Positions 9,101-13,541 of a stretch of 13,541 bases of DNA are shown one piece after another. The stretch comes from Candidatus Methylomirabilales bacterium (GTDB lineage Bacteria; Methylomirabilota; Methylomirabilia; Methylomirabilales; CSP1-5), in assembly GCA_046758505.1 (NCBI GenBank), contig JBHIAH010000074.1:1-13541 (forward strand). The letters are read 5' to 3'. A model generated the notes under the pieces. That model searched no databases. It was not told the DNA's origin and worked only from the letters and a program-made list of their open reading frames with translations. Position numbers and translations under genes: made by a program. The first letter of the stretch is position 1. Every line of letters starts with the position of its first letter.

Positions 9101-9354
9101 ACGGGCTGGTTCTCGACACGGTGGGGTACGTGCTGTACCGGCAGGGGAAGCTCGAGGAGGCCGAGGCGCGTCTCAAGCAAGCGCTGGAGGTCCTCCCCCA
9201 TCAGGCGAGCATTCTCTACCACCTGGGGCTCGTCGCCCACGCCCAGGGGCGCAACGACGAGGCCGTAACCGCCATCCAGCGCGCCCTGCTCCTCAATCCC
9301 GACTTTGACGGATCCCACGAGGCCCGCCTGCTGCTGAAGCAGATCTCGGGGTAA
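6136..9354 (+). CDS. Large tetratricopeptide-repeat lipoprotein (PrsT-like, PEP-CTERM/EPS system)
   Basis: 1072 aa, with GAGGT RBS. Lipobox VLAA-C, then continuous TPR units (AIIEFRNAVQVDP, ALEAYRTAIAKDP, etc.). C-terminal ALNNLAWIYA..LDTVGYVLY..ILYHLG is typical of PrsT-like proteins. Confidence 0.9.
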   Translation: MVGRIRNWRVGGGFLAIAIVLAACQQSPEVQKEGYLTSGLEYLKARKYDEAIIEFRNAVQVDPRFGAAYAALGVGYQGKGWVHDAQWAYAKAIEIDPRNLQAHLDLARLYREVGLTEDAIRTAKKAIEIDDGVASAYVVLGRALTRKREFVEAKQAIDRGLQLDPEAAEGYLALGEWHLLQRQSPEARASFEKALERDRGLVEAHLGLGSLALAAQQVDEARAALQTAISIQPTNVVARVSLARLYASEGKTAEAIVELQALPRARVPDLRVALPLAALYNRDGRFKKTVTLLSPATKLFPNVPDPYYLLGEAYLALKKIDPALGAFQEVVGLQPNSPLAQFRLGQALARANRFREAATHLEAARNLGQGPAAVRLELAAVYLKLGRATAALDEAKAASAVNPKEPLSYSLMGLSAMATQQYDAALEYFSKERILTPDSPQAYVHIARLYDVQGKTDEALEAYRTAIAKDPARLSSRIALIRSHLAHQRWQEAVKVAQAALEVAPKQPEILTLLGAAYMGARQPEQARPALSAALKADPTYPPAHRTLSALAVLEGKREEAITHQEAIREAHPKDLSALIGLASLYAAGGNTPKAIERLQAALDARPDLSILKLGLAELYVQGGQYELAIQRATEVLRENPKVARAYLVIGQAHLETRKIDAASKAIRQAVALAPDSAPAHRLLARTLLQQQRIGEAIAEYQQAHTLKPDLPGLVEELALVEAAQEKPRAVGAIIAKAKELVRDHPKNAFLHNILGAAYLAGKDLAQAEKALQEALRLNPRMLTARVNLAQVYAAQNQGDRAWQEIKRVLKVNPRHVVANALAGQLAAAGGRVEEATRYLETAHEVNPSLGRVNLALARLYLARGRLGDAERLIGTVLASHPKVAEAHVVKGMLALRRGRNTEAIRAFTEAVRLNPSLAEGFFGLGNAQNATGAYDRAAQAYQKVVALNPRHFGALNNLAWIYAQKKDNHVLHEALTLAEKALALQPKNGLVLDTVGYVLYRQGKLEEAEARLKQALEVLPHQASILYHLGLVAHAQGRNDEAVTAIQRALLLNPDFDGSHEARLLLKQISG

Positions 9355-9814
9355 GTTAGTCGAGGGTTGAGAGTTGAGAGTGAAATTGTCGAGTGTTAAG
9401 AGTCGAGAGTTGAGAGCTTCAGGAGTTTGACTCTCAACTGTCGATTATAGACTCTGGATTATCGACTATTCGCTCTCGGCCCTCGACCATCCGCTATCGA
9501 CTCTCGACTCTCCGCTCTCGACCCTCGACCATCCGGTATCGACTCTCAGCTCCTGACGGTTCATGGTTCATGGTTCATGGTCCACGGTTCACTGAGTGCT
9601 GAGTGTTGAGTGTTGAGGGCTTAGAGGTTCACATCCTCGATCTTGGCTGTCCGCTGTCCGCTGTCCGCTGTCCGCTGTTCACTATTCGCTCTCGACTCTC
9701 AACCATCCGCACTTGACTCTCCGCTCTCAACCCTCCGCTCTCAACTCCTGACGGTTCATAGTTCATGGTTCATAGTTCATGCAAACTCGAAATTCGCAAT
9801 CCGAAATCCGAAAT
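9355..9814. repeat. Mosaic heptamer (7-bp) tandem-repeat array 1
   Basis: About 60 consecutive 7-mers starting right after the TAA at 9354. Blocks: YGAGAGT, its complement TCRACTC/TCCGCTC, TTCATGG x3, AGTGYTG x3, TCCGCTG x4 (9650-9677), TTCATRG-type x4, and YCGMAAT x4 (9787-9814). Confidence 0.95.
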
Positions 9815-9946
9815 CTCCCGGTCATCGGAGTGCCCCCTTCCGCTATGCAAAAATTGCTTGCACAGGGTGGGGGTCCGTACTACAAAGGAATAACGAATAC
9901 AAGGGGTAACGGAGGGCCCCACCAGGGGCATGGGTGAGGAGGCCAG

Positions 9947-10732
9947 GTGGGCCGCGGGCAACGGATCCTGATGGTGGATAACGACCCGGTGATCCTGGAA
10001 GCCGTGGGCGACATGCTCGCGGCGAAGGAGCACCAGGTCACCAAAGCGCGGGACGGCCTCGAGGCGCTGGAGCAATTCCGGAAGAGCTCATTTGATCTCG
10101 CGATCCTCGACATCGTGGTTCCCAAGATCGACGGTCACGACCTCTGTCGGCTGATCAGGCAAGACGAGCGGGGCCGCCTGCTGCCCATCATCGCGTTCAC
10201 GGCCCTGGCCCCGCACGATGTCGCCAAGCTCCCCGGCCTCAGCGCCGATGCCTATGTGGCGAAGGGACCCCTCACGGTGGTGATCCCCAACATCCTGGAC
10301 GCGATCAAATCGGTCATGACCAGCCGACGAGGGCATCAGGGGCAGCGGATTTTTGGCTACGAGGGGTTCCGCCCTCGGCGGATCGTGAGCGAAATGTTCG
10401 ATTTGAAGCGACATTACCAACGTCTCGTGCATGCCGTCGCCGAGGTGGTCATCGAACTCGACGCCCAGGCAAAGATCCTCTCGGCAAACCCCATGGCCCT
10501 GCGACTGATCGGGCGATCCGAGGCCGAGGTGACAGGCCTGGCGTTCTCGGACCTGCTCACCCCCAGGGACCAGGCCGACTTCCAAGGCACGCTGGCGCAG
10601 CTCTCAGAAGACCCTCTCGGGGGGGCGGCGATGAAAGATCTCACCATAGCAGGCACGCGACGGCGCCTGCGGTGCCAACCGGTCCTCGACAACGGAGAGA
10701 TTGCAGGCTTCCTCGTGACGGCGGGCTCCTGA
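9947..10732 (+). CDS. Response regulator receiver + PAS domain protein with no output domain
   Basis: 261 aa. GTG start with GAGGAGG RBS. REC motifs ILMVDND, AILDIVVP, FTA, YVAKGP. PAS-like VIELDAQAKILSANPMALRLIG..EVTGLAFSDLL. Confidence 0.88.
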   Translation: MGRGQRILMVDNDPVILEAVGDMLAAKEHQVTKARDGLEALEQFRKSSFDLAILDIVVPKIDGHDLCRLIRQDERGRLLPIIAFTALAPHDVAKLPGLSADAYVAKGPLTVVIPNILDAIKSVMTSRRGHQGQRIFGYEGFRPRRIVSEMFDLKRHYQRLVHAVAEVVIELDAQAKILSANPMALRLIGRSEAEVTGLAFSDLLTPRDQADFQGTLAQLSEDPLGGAAMKDLTIAGTRRRLRCQPVLDNGEIAGFLVTAGS

Positions 10733-10753
10733 CGACCCCGCCCGGAGGATCGT

Positions 10754-10942
10754 ATGTCTTTTGCTTTGGGCGCAATCCTCGGGTTCTGCCTGGGAGTCCT
10801 CTGCATGGCCTTGCTATTCCTGACCAGGGCCTCCGAGGCCCCGACCCCGCCGCCCGCGGACACACCGGTCGAGGAATTGAACCCACCCCATAGCGTAGTC
10901 AGCCCCTCCGAGGCTCCTTCAGCCCCCTCCCTTAGGGAGTAG
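10754..10942 (+). CDS. Small single-pass membrane protein (62 aa)
   Basis: Strong GGAGGA RBS, 21 nt after the previous stop. N-terminal hydrophobic helix with GxxxGxxxG (LGAILGFCLGVLCMALLFL), then a Pro/Ser-rich tail. Confidence 0.7.
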   Translation: MSFALGAILGFCLGVLCMALLFLTRASEAPTPPPADTPVEELNPPHSVVSPSEAPSAPSLRE

Positions 10943-10950
10943 CGCGCCAG

Positions 10951-11118
10951 GGATTTCGAATTTGGAATTTCGGATTGCGGATTTAAAAGAATAGACTTAG
11001 GATTTGGAATTTCGGATTTCGGATCGCGAACTTCGAATTTGGCAAGAGCAGTTTTAAATCCGAAATTCGAAATCCGCTGGCACTGAACTCTCGACCCTCC
11101 GCACTCGACAGTCAACAG
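10951..11118. repeat. Heptamer array 2 (GGATTTC/GAATTTG blocks, inverted AAATCCG block, short TCGACCC-type tail)
   Basis: 5 units (10951-10985), a 14-nt gap, 6 units (11000-11041), a 14-nt gap, 3 inverted units (11056-11076), then tgaactc tcgaccc tccgcac tcgacag tcaacag. Confidence 0.92.
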
Positions 11119-11232
11119 ATGAGGGTGTCACGAATCTTTACATGTTCGGTCATCCTTACCTGCCCCTGCGGATGCCCGTGGGATGGGCAAGGAGCGCCGC
11201 CGGTCATCTCCCGCTGTCTCAGATGCAAAATG

Positions 11233-11326
11233 TGTCGGAAAACGTTACAAGAGGCCTGAGGCATAACACTCCCTGCTTTCAATCAGATGCGCGCACCGCT
11301 CCTTTTCGGTGTCGGCGCTCTTTACG
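11233..11326. promoter_or_regulatory. Two TGTCGG-N6-TTACR boxes, candidate activator sites
   Basis: TGTCGG-AAAACG-TTACA (11233-11249) and TGTCGG-CGCTCT-TTACG (11310-11326), upstream of the consensus sigma-54 motif at 11460. Confidence 0.55.
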
Positions 11327-11459
11327 ATTTCGACCACTTTGCACGTCCTTTTTGTCCGATCGTCCCCATCTTTTTCGAGAAAAGTGAGGGGAAAAGACTT
11401 TTACGAATAAAACGGTTACGGCGAACTTGCGGCGGTCCATGCCTGCACCTCGCAATCGC

Positions 11460-11475
11460 TGGCACGGGAGTTGCT
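11460..11475 (+). promoter_or_regulatory. Sigma-54 promoter (perfect consensus)
   Basis: TGGCACGGGAGTTGCT matches TGGCACG-N4-TTGCW exactly. Confidence 0.88.
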
Positions 11476-11843
11476 GCCTCCCGTGTTGAAGCGTGCATGA
11501 TGCGTGAATAGGCCTGAGGTTACGTCGAGGCGCGATGGTGGAAACCGCATTCTCCACACGGACAGGACCCCAGGCCCCCCACCCCCATGTTGTATTCCAG
11601 ACTCAGAACGCTTTGCGCCACACACCGAGGCTTTACTGTGGCTTCATCAAGCCTTCTGCTGTAGAGCACGTAGGTCTCGCCCGTTTAGCATCAGCCACAC
11701 AGACGTGGCATATCCATTGGAGCCTGACTGTTCCTTCGACCGGGGGATTGGGCGGGAACTAACTTGGCAAGACCTGGCAGGCGCCCCTCCGGGGCCCGAT
11801 CATTGTGACTCCGACGCCGCCGTCCGTGCAGAAAGGCTGCGCC

Positions 11844-12596
11844 ATGATGCCGGTCCAACATACGGTCCTGATCATTGATGATAACCCCCTGGTTCGGGAG
11901 TCGTTTCGTGATCTGCTCGAGGCGGAGGCATTTTCCGTAGCGGAGGCCAGCAATGGGGCCGAGGCCATACTGTGGTTTCAGCGGGGGACCGCAGACATGA
12001 TCCTTCTCGACCTGAAGATGCCCGTCATGGACGGCCGGAGCTTTCTCGAGTACCGGCTGCGCCAAACAGGAATGCGGCGTATTCCGGTGCTCGTCGTGAG
12101 CAGCGCGCCCGACGACCCCGGGGTCCGCCCCGTGATGCTGCGCCTGGGGGCGGACCGCCTGTTGCAAAAGCCGGTCCGGCGCGAGGAACTCCTGCATGCC
12201 ATGCAGGGAGTCCTCGCACGACCCGACACTTCGGCTATCCCGCCCCCAACCGAGGCCCAGGACAACGGCGTGCGCCAGGACGCCCGCCTATCGTTCAATG
12301 TCCCTATTCGGGTCCGCACGCACTCCTCCCTGGGGGCCACCGGGATGCTCCGCGACCTGAGCGCCGGGGGGCTCGGCGTGTATCTCTCTCGACGGCTCGA
12401 GCCGCGAGAAACGATCACCGTCAGCCTGGACGTCGAGGGCCGCTCCCTAGCCTTGACGGGGTTCGTGCAGTGGGCCGCCGAAGACCGAACGGCCATGGGG
12501 TTTCGCCATGGGATCCGGTTTACCGAGAAGCAGGAGGACACGTTTCCCCTGTATACGTATTCATTCTTTCGCGAACACTCGGGGGCGCCTAATTAG
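11844..12596 (+). CDS. Response regulator receiver + PilZ (c-di-GMP-binding) domain protein
   Basis: Canonical REC (IIDDN, LLDLKMPVMDG, VVSS, LQKP). PilZ motifs RQDAR (RxxxR) and DLSAGG (DxSxxG), plus GFVQW and HGIRF. Start moved from the track's 11805 to ATG 11844, which has GAAAGG 7 nt upstream; ATG 11847 is also possible. Confidence 0.9.
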   Translation: MMPVQHTVLIIDDNPLVRESFRDLLEAEAFSVAEASNGAEAILWFQRGTADMILLDLKMPVMDGRSFLEYRLRQTGMRRIPVLVVSSAPDDPGVRPVMLRLGADRLLQKPVRREELLHAMQGVLARPDTSAIPPPTEAQDNGVRQDARLSFNVPIRVRTHSSLGATGMLRDLSAGGLGVYLSRRLEPRETITVSLDVEGRSLALTGFVQWAAEDRTAMGFRHGIRFTEKQEDTFPLYTYSFFREHSGAPN

Positions 12597-12613
12597 GAGC
12601 GGACCGGGGAGAG

Positions 12614-12784
12614 GAGAGAGTCGAGAGTTGAGAGTGAATAGTCGATAGTCCAGAGTCAATAGTTGATAGTTGAGAGTCGATAGTTGAGGATTCGTAACTC
12701 TAGACCCTCGACTCTAGACCCTCAACACTCAACAATTTCACTCTCAGCCCTCAACCCTTCACACTGGACACCCGACACGGGGAC
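12614..12784. repeat. Heptamer array 3, quasi-palindromic (TYGAKAG block followed by complementary CTCRAC-type block)
   Basis: tcgagag ttgagag tgaatag tcgatag tccagag tcaatag ttgatag ttgagag tcgatag, then tctagac cctcgac tctagac cctcaac actcaac aatttcac tctcagc cctcaac. Starts about 18 nt after the stop at 12596. Confidence 0.93.
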
Positions 12785-12785
12785 A

Positions 12786-12800
12786 GTGCAAAGTTTTCAT
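12786..12800 (+). promoter_or_regulatory. Candidate upstream activator site
   Basis: GTGCAAAGTTTTCAT, identical to the reverse complement of 1819-1833, 121 nt upstream of the 12922 sigma-54 motif. Confidence 0.55.
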
Positions 12801-12921
12801 GGTCACCATAGAAACGGGAGCCGGGCAGTGTCCCGGCCGCTCCCCCGCACCATGGGGAGAACCGATCCAAGTCCTTGGAAGTACGAGGCTCGTCGCGTAG
12901 AAAACGGCGCTCGGGTCTGGC

Positions 12922-12937
12922 TGGCACATGGTATGCT
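12922..12937 (+). promoter_or_regulatory. Sigma-54 promoter candidate 1 for the PEP-CTERM gene
   Basis: TGGCACATGGTATGCT: TGGCAC, GG-N10-GC and TGCT. Confidence 0.8.
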
Positions 12938-12955
12938 AAAGGAATATTCCTCTCA

Positions 12956-12971
12956 TGGCATGATTCTGGCT
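12956..12971 (+). promoter_or_regulatory. Sigma-54 promoter candidate 2 for the PEP-CTERM gene
   Basis: TGGCATGATTCTGGCT: GG-N10-GC, similar to the 1579-1594 motif (TGGCAT..CTGGCW). Confidence 0.6.
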
Positions 12972-13018
12972 ATTCAAACTCGGCCGATTTTTGAGGATCA
13001 AGGATTCAGGGGGAAGCA

Positions 13019-13541
13019 ATGAGAATCAAGGCCATATCCCAAATAGCTTGTCTCATCATGGCGCTGATACTTACACCGCTTCCCCCTATTGCCGAAGCAG
13101 CCATAATCACATCGACCCTCCCAGAATTCAGTGGTAATGGCACTGTCACTGTTGGAGTATTCATGTATGACATTCCCGTCGGCGAGAACATCGTGATGGC
13201 AACTATTGGAGGGACCTTCGGAAATTTAGTGGCGGAAACTAGCGCGCCCGTGGATGTCTTTCTGGACGGTCTGCAGGTGGCGCAATGCGCAGTTAAGGCG
13301 CTGTGCTCGGGAGCTCCTCCTCCAGATCCATGGTCATTTACATTCGAGCCAGCCCACTTTCCGTTGTTGGCAGATGGGGAAGCAGAACTCGCAGCGATTC
13401 AGACGTCAGGGTTCGCCATCCGACTGGGCGAGACGACGCTCACTGTGGAAACAGCACAGATTCCCGAGCGCCGCCCGGCGCCAATCCCGGAGCCGGGGAC
13501 GCTGCTGCTCCTCGGATCCGGCCTGGTGGGGATCGGCGTCG
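13019..13541 (+). CDS. PEP-CTERM sorting-domain protein (3' end beyond window)
   Basis: Open from ATG 13019 (AGGGGG RBS) to the edge. Signal peptide MRIKAISQIACLIMALILTPLPPIAEA-A, a body of about 120 aa with a Cys pair (QCAVKALC), then IPEPGTLLLLGSGLVGIGV, a classic PEP motif plus TM helix. Not in the ORF track because no stop lies in the window. Confidence 0.93.
   Translation, partial: MRIKAISQIACLIMALILTPLPPIAEAAIITSTLPEFSGNGTVTVGVFMYDIPVGENIVMATIGGTFGNLVAETSAPVDVFLDGLQVAQCAVKALCSGAPPPDPWSFTFEPAHFPLLADGEAELAAIQTSGFAIRLGETTLTVETAQIPERRPAPIPEPGTLLLLGSGLVGIGV

Noticed and set aside
6001..9318. Minus-strand and alternate-frame ORFs across the TPR gene (e.g. 6001-7629, 7596-8351, 7960-8799)
   Set aside because: Shadow ORFs of the TPR gene with no independent domain signal.
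9355..9814. Possible CRISPR array
   Set aside because: Units are contiguous 7-mers with no 25-40-nt repeat / unique-spacer alternation, and no cas genes are in the window.
9643..9909. 88-aa ORF with repetitive peptide (also 12684-13022 and 10414-11115)
   Set aside because: Peptide periodicity (AVRCPLS, SALDSPL, IRNPKS) is just translated heptamer DNA; no convincing RBS.
11706..11781. TGGCATATCCATTGGA and TGGCAAGACCTGGCAG as extra sigma-54 promoters near the REC-PilZ start
   Set aside because: The first lacks the -12 GC; the second has GG-N9-GC spacing.
11805..11843. ORF-track start (GTG 11805) for the REC-PilZ gene
   Set aside because: No RBS; ATG 11844 has GAAAGG at proper spacing and gives a normal receiver N-terminus.
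9355..12784. Calling the bracketed region an IS or transposon
   Set aside because: No transposase, integrase or target-site duplication is visible; mobility is kept only as a hypothesis in the findings.
12816..12844. GC-rich hairpin GGGAGCCGGG..CCCGGCCGCTCCC as a terminator
   Set aside because: Bulged stem with no U-tract on either strand; it lies within the promoter-upstream region.

Overview
GC-rich bacterial window from an exopolysaccharide / PEP-CTERM (exosortase-type) locus. Minus strand: sigma-54 enhancer-binding response regulator, short OPX (Wza-like) export protein, outer-membrane beta-barrel, polyprenyl glycosylphosphotransferase, and the start of a probable Wzc/GumC-type gene at the left edge. 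Plus strand: 1072-aa TPR lipoprotein (PrsT-like), REC-PAS protein, 62-aa membrane protein, REC-PilZ protein, and a PEP-CTERM protein running off the right edge (absent from the ORF track). Up to six sigma-54 -24/-12 motifs and two recurring upstream motifs are visible. The most unusual feature is non-coding: three mosaic 7-bp repeat arrays, each starting just after a stop codon. They contain two nested pairs of long inverted repeats (9363-9477 vs 12630-12758; 9782-9814 vs 11009-11041) that bracket the signalling genes. No exosortase, sensor kinase, transposase, RNA gene or CRISPR array is seen. All alignments and GC values are hand counts; family names come from motif recognition, not database searches.
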